Positions 1 to 8,693 of a DNA stretch of 64,000 nt are shown in pieces. Within the stretch, counting starts at the first letter, position 1; each line of letters starts with the position of its first letter. This stretch comes from Porphyrobacter sp. (GTDB taxonomy: Bacteria; Pseudomonadota; Alphaproteobacteria; Sphingomonadales; Sphingomonadaceae), in contig JAGIBN010000013.1 of assembly GCA_017744315.1 (NCBI GenBank), positions 27,095 to 91,094 of the forward strand, written 5' to 3'. Both the position numbers and the translations under genes were made by a program. The notes under the pieces are model-generated. The model did not search any database. It was not told the DNA's origin and saw only the letters and a program-made list of their open reading frames with translations.

Positions 1-352
1 AACTCCAAAATACCGGACCATTGTGACAAAAGGCTTCGGGCCGGCCCCCGAGGGCGCCAGCACCAGACCTTGTCACGACAATGTCAGGATGGCCGCTAGA
101 TAGGCGTGCCGGCTCGCAATTGCAACCGGCATTCGCCACAGCTTCCCACAGGCGCGTTCAGGCATTTGACAGCACCACTCCAAGATGACAGCATCGCATG
201 ATGAACAGCGCACACTTTCGATTTCACGGGGGACAGCTTCTCGAGGGCATCTAGCCCCGGGTCCGGTGCGCTCGCGCCCCGCGCCCGGGGCGAACATCAA
301 GCCATTGCCGCGTCACACGCGCAAACTTCCCCTAATTTGAAAGTATCCACTC

Positions 353-757
353 ATGTCCGCCCAAAAGGCCGCCACCCGGCCTCCCATCGTGCTTATCGAA
401 GACGAGGCCGACGCCCTCGCCGCACTCGCCATCAGCATTGAGGAGCGCCACCCCAATGTCAGCCGACTCCTGCTTGAGGAGATCGAGCGCGCCGAAACGG
501 TACCGTTGAGCGCCATACCCGCCGATGTGGTCACCATGGGCTCGACCGTCGAATTCGTCGACGCGAAGACCGGTGATCGACGCACAGTGACGCTCGTTTT
601 TCCCAAGGACGCCGACATTGCCGAGGGTCGCCTCTCGATCCTGACGCCAGTTGGCGCGGGACTGATCGGATTGCGCACCGGCCAGTCTATCAGCTGGCCC
701 GACCGCAGCGGCGAAGAACGCCTGCTGACCATCGAGAGCGTCAGCCGCTCAAACTGA
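353..757 (+). CDS. rnk: Nucleoside diphosphate kinase regulator (GreA/GreB C-terminal family)
   Basis: 134 aa with DVVTMGSTVEF, TLVFPKDAD and SILTPVGAGLIGL...ISWP motifs typical of Rnk. Confidence 0.88.
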   Translation: MSAQKAATRPPIVLIEDEADALAALAISIEERHPNVSRLLLEEIERAETVPLSAIPADVVTMGSTVEFVDAKTGDRRTVTLVFPKDADIAEGRLSILTPVGAGLIGLRTGQSISWPDRSGEERLLTIESVSRSN

Positions 758-762
758 CCGAT

Positions 763-1800
763 CTATTCCGCTTCCCCGTTGCGCTCCGCGAGCCCGTGCT
801 TGCGGATGCAATGGCGGAGTTGGTCGTAAGTCAGACCCAACGCCTTGGCCGTCTGTCGCTGGTTCCAGCGGTTGCGGCCCAGGTGGTGCTCCAGAATGGC
901 CCGTTCGTGGGCTTCGACCGCGGTCCGCAAGTCTTCGACCGTGTCATAGTCGAGCCCACTCGGACGCATGCCGTGGCCGCTAGGCACGGATTCGATGCTT
1001 CTGGCGCTGTGAGCCACCACCGGCTTCCAGGGACTTTCGAACGGATCAAACTGGACGTAGCCGATCGCTTCCTCCCAGTCGCCCCAACGATAGACCGCGC
1101 GCTCCACCACGTTGCGTAGCTCACGCACGTTGCCCGGCCAGGGGTGTTCGTCGAGTTGCCGTCTCACATGGTCGGCGAAGCCCGGCCAGCGCTCCCAGCC
1201 GATCTCTGCGGCCATGCGGCGGCCGAAGTAGTCGGCGAGGACGTCGATATCGCCTTCGCGCACCCGCAGGGGCGGCAGGGTGATGACCTCGAAGCTCAGC
1301 CGGTCGAGAAGGTCGGCGCGAAACCGCCCCTCGTCCGCCATCTTGGGCAAGTTCTCGTTGGTGGCCGCCACGATGCGCACATCCACGCGGATCGGGCGGG
1401 AGGAGCCGATGCGGGTGACCTCGCCATATTCGACAGCGCGAAGCAACCGCTCCTGCGCACCCATCGACAGAGTCGCGAGTTCGTCGAGGAACAGCGTGCC
1501 GCGGTCGGCCTCCTCGAAGCGCCCCGCCCTCGCCCGCGTCGCGCCCGTAAACGAGCCCGCTTCATGGCCGAACAGTTCGGCCTCAATCAGCGTCTCCGGC
1601 AGGGCTGCGCAGTTCATCGTAACGAGCGGCTCTTCCCAGCGGTTCGACAGGCGGTGAAGGCGTTCGGCGATCAGTTCTTTGCCGGTTCCGCGCTCTCCGA
1701 TAACCAGAACCGGACGACGCATGGGCGCCGCGCGACTGGCCCGCTCGACCGCGTCGAGGAAGGCGCCCGATTGGCCAATGAACTGGTTTTCCCGCTCCAT
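763..1800 (-). CDS. pspF: Phage shock protein operon sigma-54 activator PspF
   Basis: AAA+ Walker A GERGTGKE, GAFTGA-like GSFTGA, C-terminal HTH, no receiver domain; divergent from pspA; start taken at MERENQFIG (ATG 1800). Confidence 0.93.
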   Translation of the reverse strand: MERENQFIGQSGAFLDAVERASRAAPMRRPVLVIGERGTGKELIAERLHRLSNRWEEPLVTMNCAALPETLIEAELFGHEAGSFTGATRARAGRFEEADRGTLFLDELATLSMGAQERLLRAVEYGEVTRIGSSRPIRVDVRIVAATNENLPKMADEGRFRADLLDRLSFEVITLPPLRVREGDIDVLADYFGRRMAAEIGWERWPGFADHVRRQLDEHPWPGNVRELRNVVERAVYRWGDWEEAIGYVQFDPFESPWKPVVAHSARSIESVPSGHGMRPSGLDYDTVEDLRTAVEAHERAILEHHLGRNRWNQRQTAKALGLTYDQLRHCIRKHGLAERNGEAE

Positions 1801-1811
1801 TGACCAAGAGA

Positions 1812-1846
1812 TAGCAAAAAATGCCACAAGGTGGCAATATGCGCCA
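1812..1846. promoter_or_regulatory. Putative PspF upstream activator sites
   Basis: Two adjacent 15-mers T(A/G)G-N9-CCA (TAGCAAAAAATGCCA, TGGCAATATGCGCCA) 60-90 bp upstream of the sigma-54 box; a similar 15-mer lies at 43690. Confidence 0.45.
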
Positions 1847-1902
1847 CATAGCCGCTTAAGATATATCCCAAAATTCGAGCAAGGCGGCGCATTTTCCTGA
1901 TT

Positions 1903-1918
1903 TGGCATGCTCCTTGCT
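1903..1918 (+). promoter_or_regulatory. Sigma-54 -24/-12 promoter of the psp operon
   Basis: TGGCATGCTCCTTGCT has exact GG-N10-GC spacing and sits next to pspF. Confidence 0.88.
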
Positions 1919-1956
1919 GATATGATCGCATAGGATTGGTCAGGGGAATTTAGACC

Positions 1957-2112
1957 ATGTTTGACCGGGAGTTTTTCAGCAGCAAGTTGGGCCTCGCGGC
2001 GCTGGCGAGCATCATTGCGATGGTCTCGTTCAACGCCTTCGCGTTGAACCAGCAGATCTGCCTGACCGCCGACGCCAACCCCGTCGACGCGCCGTTGGTC
2101 GAGCTGGCATGA
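1957..2112 (+). CDS. Small hydrophobic leader protein (51 aa), first gene of the psp operon
   Basis: MFDREFFSSKLGLAALASIIAMVSFNAFALNQQ...PLVELA; RBS AGGGGA at 1942-1947; stop overlaps next ATG (ATGA); not in the ORF track. Confidence 0.7.
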   Translation: MFDREFFSSKLGLAALASIIAMVSFNAFALNQQICLTADANPVDAPLVELA

Positions 2113-2978
2113 GCCCCAAGGACGACAACCCCCTGCGACCGATCGAAGAGGCGGCCTCTCGCGCCAGCTCCCGCATCGATCGCGAGATCGAACGGTTGCG
2201 TACCAGCCCCCAACCGGGGATGGCCAAACCGGCCGCTCAAGACTTTAATGCTGCCGTTAATTCATTCGTTTCCGGAGTACCCTGGATGGGCATTTTTTCC
2301 CGCACTCGAGACATCATCGCCGCCAACTTCAACGAGCTCCTGGATCAGGCTGACGATCCCTCGAAGATGATCCGCATGATCATCCTCGAGATGGAGGAAA
2401 CGCTCGTCGAGGTCCGCGCCAGCGCGGCGCGGACGATTGCGGACCAGAAGGAAATGCATCGCCACACCGTCAAGCTGGAGAAGCTGCAGGCGGATTGGGG
2501 CGAGAAGGCTCAACTGGCGCTGTCGAAGGACCGCGAAGACCTGGCCCGGGCGGCACTCGTCGAGAAGAAGCGCGCTGCGGACATGGGCGACCAGCTCAAG
2601 CAGGAGATCGCCGTGCTCGACGACGCGCTTCGCGCCTACGAGCAGGACATCGCCAAGCTTCAGAACCGCCTGCGCGAAGCACGCAGCCGCCAGACGCAGA
2701 TCGCCGCCCGCCTGGAAAGCGCCGAGAATCGCGTGAAGCTGCGCAGCCTGATGACCAACGAGCGTGTCGATGACGCTCTCACCCGGTTCGACCAGCTGGA
2801 ACGCCGGGTCGACTACGCCGAAGGCCGCGCAGATGCGCTGAGCATCGCCGACGGCAGCGGCAAGCCAAGCCTCTCGGACGAGATCGCTGCGCTCGAAGGC
2901 GCCGACAAGATCGACGAGGAACTTGAGGAAATGAAGCGCGCGCTCGGCATGGGCGGCTCCGAGAAGAAGGAGGGCTGA
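2109..2978 (+). CDS. pspA: Phage shock protein A (alternative start at 2286)
   Basis: MGIFSRTRDIIAANFNELLDQADDPSKMIRMIILEMEETLVEVR is canonical PspA; the frame is open 59 codons further upstream to an ATGA-coupled start. Confidence 0.95.
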   Translation: MSPKDDNPLRPIEEAASRASSRIDREIERLRTSPQPGMAKPAAQDFNAAVNSFVSGVPWMGIFSRTRDIIAANFNELLDQADDPSKMIRMIILEMEETLVEVRASAARTIADQKEMHRHTVKLEKLQADWGEKAQLALSKDREDLARAALVEKKRAADMGDQLKQEIAVLDDALRAYEQDIAKLQNRLREARSRQTQIAARLESAENRVKLRSLMTNERVDDALTRFDQLERRVDYAEGRADALSIADGSGKPSLSDEIAALEGADKIDEELEEMKRALGMGGSEKKEG

Positions 2979-2981
2979 TCG

Positions 2982-3281
2982 ATGGGTTCGGAAATCTTCG
3001 TCGTCCCGGCCATCTTCATCGGACTTCCGTGGGTGATCATGCACTACATCACCAAGTGGAAGACCGCCGCGACGATCACCACCGATGACGAGCAGCTGCT
3101 CGAGGAACTCTACAACCTCGCCAAGCGGCTCGATGAACGGATGGACACGGTCGAACGCCTGGTCGCGTCCGACAACCCCGAATTCAAGCCGGCCCGCATC
3201 GTTGCGGACCGCGAGATCGATAACGAGCCGCTGCGCGAACTCGATCGCCTGCTGGCCGAAAAGAAGGGAACCCGGAAGTGA
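2982..3281 (+). CDS. pspB: Envelope stress membrane protein PspB
   Basis: TM helix then LPWVIMHYITKW and LDERMDTVERLV; follows pspA. Confidence 0.9.
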   Translation: MGSEIFVVPAIFIGLPWVIMHYITKWKTAATITTDDEQLLEELYNLAKRLDERMDTVERLVASDNPEFKPARIVADREIDNEPLRELDRLLAEKKGTRK

Positions 3282-3652
3282 ACACCCCTCGCACCACGCT
3301 TTACCGCGACAAGCAGAACGGCAAGCTGATGGGCGTCTGCGCGGGGCTGGAGGACTATACCGGCATCAACGCCATCTGGTGGCGCCTGGCCTTCATCGTC
3401 CTGACCATTTCCACCGGCTTCGGCATTCCAGCCTACTTCGCGCTCGGTCTCCTGGCGTCGAAGAAGCCCGCCAACCTCTACGTCGACCGGGAGGAGCAGC
3501 AGTACTGGCAGCGCGTCCGGCAGTCGCCCAAGCGCACCGCCCGCGAGATCCGCTCGCAGTTCCGCGACATCGACCGCCGGTTGGCCGAGGTCGAAAGCTA
3601 TTACGTCACCAGCAACCCGCGCCTGTCCGCCGAGATCGAGCGGCTGCGCTAG
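3278..3652 (+). CDS. pspC: Envelope stress membrane protein PspC
   Basis: LYRDKQNGKLMGVCAGL PspC domain, TM segment, C-terminal RRLAEVESYYVTSNPRLSAEIERLR. Confidence 0.92.
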   Translation: MNTPRTTLYRDKQNGKLMGVCAGLEDYTGINAIWWRLAFIVLTISTGFGIPAYFALGLLASKKPANLYVDREEQQYWQRVRQSPKRTAREIRSQFRDIDRRLAEVESYYVTSNPRLSAEIERLR

Positions 3653-3679
3653 GGTAGTTTTCAAGAAGGGGTTTTGGGG

Positions 3680-3985
3680 ATGGATCCGGCAATCTTGGGT
3701 GTGTTCATTCCGATCCTGGCGATCGGCATGGGAATTCCACTGGCCTTCTACGGCGTTTGGGTCGGCAACAAGCAGAAGATGGCGAAGCTCGAACTCGAAG
3801 CGCGCGCCCACAAGTCTGACGACGCCCAGGCGGCGCGGATGGACGCGATGGAAGACCGCATGCGGGTGCTGGAGCGCATCGTGACGGACCGTGGTTTCGA
3901 CGTTGCTCACCAGATCGAGGCGCTGCGCGATCAGCGGCCGCTGGCGAGTGAAGCAAAGAACAAGGACAGCGTCCGGGCCGACTGA
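3680..3985 (+). CDS. PspB-like single-TM coiled-coil protein, paralogue 1
   Basis: N-terminal TM + MEDRMRVLERIVTDRGFDVAHQIEALRD. Confidence 0.8.
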   Translation: MDPAILGVFIPILAIGMGIPLAFYGVWVGNKQKMAKLELEARAHKSDDAQAARMDAMEDRMRVLERIVTDRGFDVAHQIEALRDQRPLASEAKNKDSVRAD

Positions 3986-4015
3986 GCGCCGTGACTTGGA
4001 AGAGGGAATACGCTG

Positions 4016-4333
4016 ATGGACTTCTCACCTTTCCTGATCCCGATCGTCGGCATGATGATCCCGATCGTCGCGATCATTTTGAAGCATCGCGAGAGGGTGG
4101 AACGGATGCGCATCGAGGCCGGCGATCGGTACGCGGTGCCTGACACCAGCAAGCAGGATGGACGCATCGAAATGCTCGAGGATCGCGTTGCGGTGCTGGA
4201 GCGGATCGTGACCGACCGCGGCTTGAACATTGCGGCCCAGATCGAAGCGCTCCGCGACCAGCGCGGGATTGACGACGCCCTCGCCGCACGCAGCGAAGCG
4301 CGCACTGCCGCCCGGTCCGCGGACCTCGGCTGA
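4016..4333 (+). CDS. PspB-like paralogue 2
   Basis: TM + LEDRVAVLERIVTDRGLNIAAQIEALRD. Confidence 0.8.
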   Translation: MDFSPFLIPIVGMMIPIVAIILKHRERVERMRIEAGDRYAVPDTSKQDGRIEMLEDRVAVLERIVTDRGLNIAAQIEALRDQRGIDDALAARSEARTAARSADLG

Positions 4334-4359
4334 ACGGCGCGAAAGCAGGAGCTTTTGAG

Positions 4360-4650
4360 ATGGAAATCATCATCCCAATCTTCGCCATCGCAATGGTGCT
4401 GGGGTTCATTCCGGGCTTCGCCATCTGGCTGGGCCACCGCAAGGACATGATGAAGCTGCAGATCCAGGCGACCGCGGAAAAGGCCGCCCAGTACGCGGCC
4501 AGCAACAAGGCCCTGGAAGACCGCGTGGCGGTGCTCGAACGCATCGTCACCGACAAGGGTTACGACGTGGCTCTGCAGATCGAAGCCCTGCGCGATCAGC
4601 GCCGGGTCGAAGACCGGCTCGACAGCCGCAAGGTTGAGAGGAGCAACTGA
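4360..4650 (+). CDS. PspB-like paralogue 3
   Basis: TM + LEDRVAVLERIVTDKGYDVALQIEALRD; RBS AGGAG. Confidence 0.8.
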   Translation: MEIIIPIFAIAMVLGFIPGFAIWLGHRKDMMKLQIQATAEKAAQYAASNKALEDRVAVLERIVTDKGYDVALQIEALRDQRRVEDRLDSRKVERSN

Positions 4651-4952
4651 TGGGTGGAGGTGAAACCATAGCCGCCGTCGTTCTCGGTGGTGTCGTGATC
4701 GCGGTGATCATGACCCTTGGAGAGGCGTTCAAACGCTTCATGGCCTACAAGGAGCGCCAGGTCGGCGTCACCGCGAACTCCACCGCTGAAAAGGCCGCGC
4801 AGTACGCCGCTCACGTCGAAAGGCTGGAGGCCCGCGTCCGGGTGCTGGAACGCATCGCCACGGACAAGGGTGCCGACCTCGCCCAGAGCATCGAGGACTT
4901 GCGCGACGCGCCCGCAGTGACGGCGCAAGTCAAGGCAGAGGAGCGCGCCTGA
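4650..4952 (+). CDS. PspB-like paralogue 4
   Basis: TM + TAEKAAQYAA (shared with paralogue 3) + LEARVRVLERIATDKGADLAQSIEDLRD; TGATG coupling. Confidence 0.8.
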   Translation: MGGGETIAAVVLGGVVIAVIMTLGEAFKRFMAYKERQVGVTANSTAEKAAQYAAHVERLEARVRVLERIATDKGADLAQSIEDLRDAPAVTAQVKAEERA

Positions 4953-5290
4953 TGAACCCGATGGACCTACTCCAGTACCTTCCCTGGATCGTCGGCGGTG
5001 GGCTGTTGCTCGGAGCGGTCGGAATAATGGCTTCCGTCCACAACACCCGCCTGAAGATCAAGCACGGCTATCCGCTGGAAGGCATGTGGGGCCAATCGCT
5101 GAAACCGGCGGTGACCACCGAGGCGATGGAACGCGTCAAGCTACTCACGCAGGAAAACGCTCAACTGCGGGCCGAGATCGGCTCGCTGCAGGATCGCCTG
5201 ATCAACGTTGAGCGCATCGTGACCGACAGCGGTTATCGCCTCGGCCACGAGATCGAGAACCTGCGGTCGGACAAGGGGAAAGTGCAATGA
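4952..5290 (+). CDS. PspB-like paralogue 5
   Basis: TM + KIKHGYPLE + LQDRLINVERIVTDSGYRLGHEIENLR; TGATG coupling. Confidence 0.8.
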   Translation: MNPMDLLQYLPWIVGGGLLLGAVGIMASVHNTRLKIKHGYPLEGMWGQSLKPAVTTEAMERVKLLTQENAQLRAEIGSLQDRLINVERIVTDSGYRLGHEIENLRSDKGKVQ

Positions 5291-5544
5291 ACATGTGGAC
5301 CGCCATCATTGTCATCGTGGCGATCATCGCATTCGCAGAGGTCGTCAAGGCAAGGCACCGCGCCCGTCATGGCATCACTACTGACGCCATGGGCAACGAA
5401 AAGCCGGTGCCGCGCGAAGACGCTGAACTCAAGCGCGAGGTCCTCGAACTTCGCGAGCGGGTGAAGGTCCTCGAACGGATCGCAACCGAGGAGCGCCAGA
5501 CCAAGCTGCTTTCGGCTGAAATAGACAGCCTCCGCGACAAGTAG
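5287..5544 (+). CDS. PspB-like paralogue 6
   Basis: TM + LRERVKVLERIATE...LSAEIDSLRD; ATGA coupling. Confidence 0.8.
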   Translation: MNMWTAIIVIVAIIAFAEVVKARHRARHGITTDAMGNEKPVPREDAELKREVLELRERVKVLERIATEERQTKLLSAEIDSLRDK

Positions 5545-5571
5545 CCGCGACGAGGCAGGGGAGAACGCGAG

Positions 5572-5808
5572 ATGAGTCAGGAACTGTTGATCGCTGCCAG
5601 TGCCCTATCGGGCCTTCTGGTCGTGGCCATCACCTTTCTCAAAGGATGGCAGGACTGGCTGGCACTCAAGTCCCGAGAGCTCGATTCGGGACACGGCAAG
5701 CGCGAGATCGAAGGCGGGGCCCGTGAAGGGGCCGCGCGGATCGAGATCGCCGACCTCAAGGAACGCATCCGCAAGCTGGAAGCTATCGCCAGCGGGGTGG
5801 ACCTGTAA
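5572..5808 (+). CDS. PspB-like paralogue 7 (lacks the IEALRD tail)
   Basis: TM + IADLKERIRKLEAIASGVDL. Confidence 0.75.
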   Translation: MSQELLIAASALSGLLVVAITFLKGWQDWLALKSRELDSGHGKREIEGGAREGAARIEIADLKERIRKLEAIASGVDL

Positions 5809-5834
5809 GCACAATAGGCTCTAGGGGGCGCGTC

Positions 5835-6242
5835 ATGCGCTCCCTGGCCGACATTCTCGAAGAGTACGAATTCCTCGACGCCGATGAGCGTTACCGCCTT
5901 CTCATCGAACTGGGCCGCGAGCTGGACGAAATGCCCCAGCCGCTCAAGACCGACGCCACCCTGGTGCGCGGCTGCTCGGCCAGCGTGTGGGTCTATCCGA
6001 CGGAGCAGGACGGCAAGCTCCACTTCCTGGCGGACAGCAACGCGGCGATCACCAAGGGTATCGTGGCGCTTGTGATCTCGGCCGTGCAGGACAAGCCGGC
6101 GGCGGAAGTGGCCGAGTTGGACATCGCCGCCGCGCTCGCGCCGTTCGATCTGCGGAATCAGCTCAGCTCTAACCGCACCCAAGGCGTGCCGAACATGATA
6201 GCGCTGGTGAAGCAGCACGCGGCGCGGATTGCTGCAAGCTAG
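5835..6242 (+). CDS. sufE: SufE family sulfur acceptor
   Basis: ERYRLLIELGREL, VRGCSASVW (catalytic Cys), ADSNAAITKGIV. Confidence 0.9.
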   Translation: MRSLADILEEYEFLDADERYRLLIELGRELDEMPQPLKTDATLVRGCSASVWVYPTEQDGKLHFLADSNAAITKGIVALVISAVQDKPAAEVAELDIAAALAPFDLRNQLSSNRTQGVPNMIALVKQHAARIAAS

Positions 6243-6757
6243 GCTTCCGGCGCCTCGCGCAGCACGGCAACACCTTCCTCCCGCTGGCGCTTGAGTTCTG
6301 CCTTGAGCCGCACCGGATCGGGCGCCCAGACGAAACCGAAGCTCACCCCGCCCTCCTTGCCGATCGTCGCGTGGTGCAGCCTGTGGGCTTGGACCAGCCG
6401 CTTGAGGTAACCGCCCCGCGGCACGTACCGGAACCAGCGCTGGTGCACGAGGCCGTCGTGGATCAGCGTGTAGACGATCCCGTATCCGAGAATACCCAAG
6501 CCAATCCACGTCCCCGGCCACCAGGCCTGCTCGCCCATGACCCACGGGCTCCCAACCGCGAACATCGAGATGCTCATCGCCGCGCCCACCAGCGCGAAGC
6601 GGTCGTTCTTTTCCAGGACGCCGTCATGGGGCTCGTGATGGTCGCGATGCCAGGCCCAGCCGAACCTGTGCATCACGTACTTGTGGCTCGCCCATGCGAC
6701 CCACTCCATCGCCGCCATCGAGGCGCAAACGAGCAGCAATGGCAGCAGCCAATCCAT
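6239..6757 (-). CDS. crtZ: Beta-carotene hydroxylase
   Basis: His boxes HKYVMH, HRDHH, HDGLVH, HRLHH; GVSFGF. Confidence 0.92.
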   Translation of the reverse strand: MDWLLPLLLVCASMAAMEWVAWASHKYVMHRFGWAWHRDHHEPHDGVLEKNDRFALVGAAMSISMFAVGSPWVMGEQAWWPGTWIGLGILGYGIVYTLIHDGLVHQRWFRYVPRGGYLKRLVQAHRLHHATIGKEGGVSFGFVWAPDPVRLKAELKRQREEGVAVLREAPEA

Positions 6758-6835
6758 GCCGACTAAATAGGCGCTTCACACGCCCAAAGACAGCCCCGCT
6801 TGCCATACCGGCATCGCGGCGCCATCTGCAGCCGC

Positions 6836-8266
6836 ATGAACGGCAAACCCCGCACCCTCTACGAAAAGATCTGGGACGCGCACGTGATCGAACGGCGCGA
6901 CGATGGCACCTCGCTGATCTTCATCGATCGCCACCTGGTTCACGAAGTCACCAGCCCGCAGGCGTTCGAGGCGCTGCGGCTGAATGGCCGCAAGGTCCGC
7001 CGGCCCGAGCTTACACTCGCCGTGCCCGACCATAACCTGCCGACCACCGCTCGCCTCGACGCCGCGGGCAATCGCATCCCGATCGCCGACCTCGAAAGCG
7101 CGCAGCAGCTTGAAGCGCTGGAGCACAATGCGCCGGAATTCGGTGTCCGCTACTTCGGCGCCACCGCTCGCGAGCAGGGTATCGTCCACGTCGTCGGTCC
7201 GGAACAGGGCTTCTCGCTCCCCGGCACCACGATCGTCTGCGGCGACAGCCACACCGCCGCCCATGGCGGCGTCGGCGCTCTCGCTTTCGGCATCGGCACC
7301 AGCGAGGTCGAGCATGTGCTCGCCACGCAGACGCTGCTGCTCAAGCAGTCGAAGACGATGGAAGTGCGCGTTGAGGGTGACCTCGGCCCGGGGATCACGT
7401 CGAAGGACCTGATCCTCCACATCATCGGCGTGATCGGCACCGCCGGCGGCACTGGGTACGTGATCGAATACCGCGGCAAGGTGTTCGAAGAGATGAGCGT
7501 CGAGGGCCGCCTGACGGTCTGCAATATGAGCATTGAAGGCGGCGCCCGTGCCGGCCTGATCGCGCCTGACGACACCACGTTCGCCTACCTCAAGGGCCGC
7601 CCGCTCTCGCCCAAGGGCGAAGAGTGGGATCAGGCGGTCGCCTATTGGCGGACGCTCAAGACCGACGATGGCGCCGTGTTCGACAAGTCTGTCGTGATCG
7701 ATGCAGCGACCGTCGAGCCGACTGTTACCTGGGGCACCAGCCCCGAGGATACTGTCGCGATCGGCGGCGTCGTGCCCGATCCGACGAGCTTCGCCGATCC
7801 CTCCAAGCAAAAGGCCGCCCAGGCCAGCCTCGACTACATGGGCCTGGAACCTGGCCAGCGCATGGACGAAGTCGAAGTCCAGAACGTGTTCATCGGCAGC
7901 TGCACCAACAGCCGCATCGAAGACCTGCGCGCCGCCGCAGCGGTCCTGAAGGGTCGCCACAAGGCTGCTGGCGTGAAGTGGGCCATTGTCGTTCCCGGCT
8001 CCGGCCTAGTGAAGGAACAAGCGGAGGCGGAAGGCCTGGACAAGGTCTTCACCGAAGCCGGCCTCGAATGGCGCGAGCCGGGCTGTTCGGCCTGCCTCGG
8101 CATGAACCCGGACAAGGTCCCCGCCGGAGAACGTTGTGCTTCGACCTCCAACCGCAACTTCGTCGGCCGCCAGGGTCCGGGTGCACGCACCCACCTCGTC
8201 AGCCCGGCGATGGCGGCGGCAGCGGCGGTGACCGGCAAGCTGACGGACGTCCGCGAACTGGTCTAG
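6836..8266 (+). CDS. leuC: 3-isopropylmalate dehydratase large subunit
   Basis: [37 protein letters not shown]. Confidence 0.97.
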   Translation: MNGKPRTLYEKIWDAHVIERRDDGTSLIFIDRHLVHEVTSPQAFEALRLNGRKVRRPELTLAVPDHNLPTTARLDAAGNRIPIADLESAQQLEALEHNAPEFGVRYFGATAREQGIVHVVGPEQGFSLPGTTIVCGDSHTAAHGGVGALAFGIGTSEVEHVLATQTLLLKQSKTMEVRVEGDLGPGITSKDLILHIIGVIGTAGGTGYVIEYRGKVFEEMSVEGRLTVCNMSIEGGARAGLIAPDDTTFAYLKGRPLSPKGEEWDQAVAYWRTLKTDDGAVFDKSVVIDAATVEPTVTWGTSPEDTVAIGGVVPDPTSFADPSKQKAAQASLDYMGLEPGQRMDEVEVQNVFIGSCTNSRIEDLRAAAAVLKGRHKAAGVKWAIVVPGSGLVKEQAEAEGLDKVFTEAGLEWREPGCSACLGMNPDKVPAGERCASTSNRNFVGRQGPGARTHLVSPAMAAAAAVTGKLTDVRELV

Positions 8267-8610
8267 GCCACACCGTCTCCGCGGAGATGGGCCAAGTGGT
8301 CGAACACATCGGACGCCTCGCCCGCCGCATTGACGGTCTCGAAGTAGTCGTGCCAGCCGACCAGCACGCTGCCCGATACGAGCGCATCGAGCGTTTCGCT
8401 GTTCGGGCAGCGCCAAACCGCAAAGAAGGATTGCGGTGCTGACTCCCGCTTCGACTGATCGATCCGGCCTATGGCGATCACTTCCACGCCCTGGGCCAGC
8501 AGATCGGGAAGTGCCATGCCGGCGGTGATGAAGAAGTTCTCCCGCTCTTCCCGCGTCAGGGCGCCCCATTCGGGCTTCGGAGTATAAAGTTTCGTCAGGT
8601 AGTGGGTCAT
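8263..8610 (-). CDS. Small hypothetical protein, DUF6616-like
   Basis: [15 protein letters not shown]...[13 protein letters not shown] resembles DUF6616 (recalled, not searched). Confidence 0.55.
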   Translation of the reverse strand: MTHYLTKLYTPKPEWGALTREERENFFITAGMALPDLLAQGVEVIAIGRIDQSKRESAPQSFFAVWRCPNSETLDALVSGSVLVGWHDYFETVNAAGEASDVFDHLAHLRGDGVA

Positions 8611-8693
8611 TGCCTGCGCCCTGTTCGAGAACGGCTGGAGGGGATCGAGCGCAGCCCGCCCCACTCCCCGCCGCCTTCGCCCTCATTCGCCGA

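Noticed and set aside
1-352. 75-aa minus ORF and GC hairpin near 254-291
   Set aside because: No protein motif; likely the upstream region of a gene outside the window.
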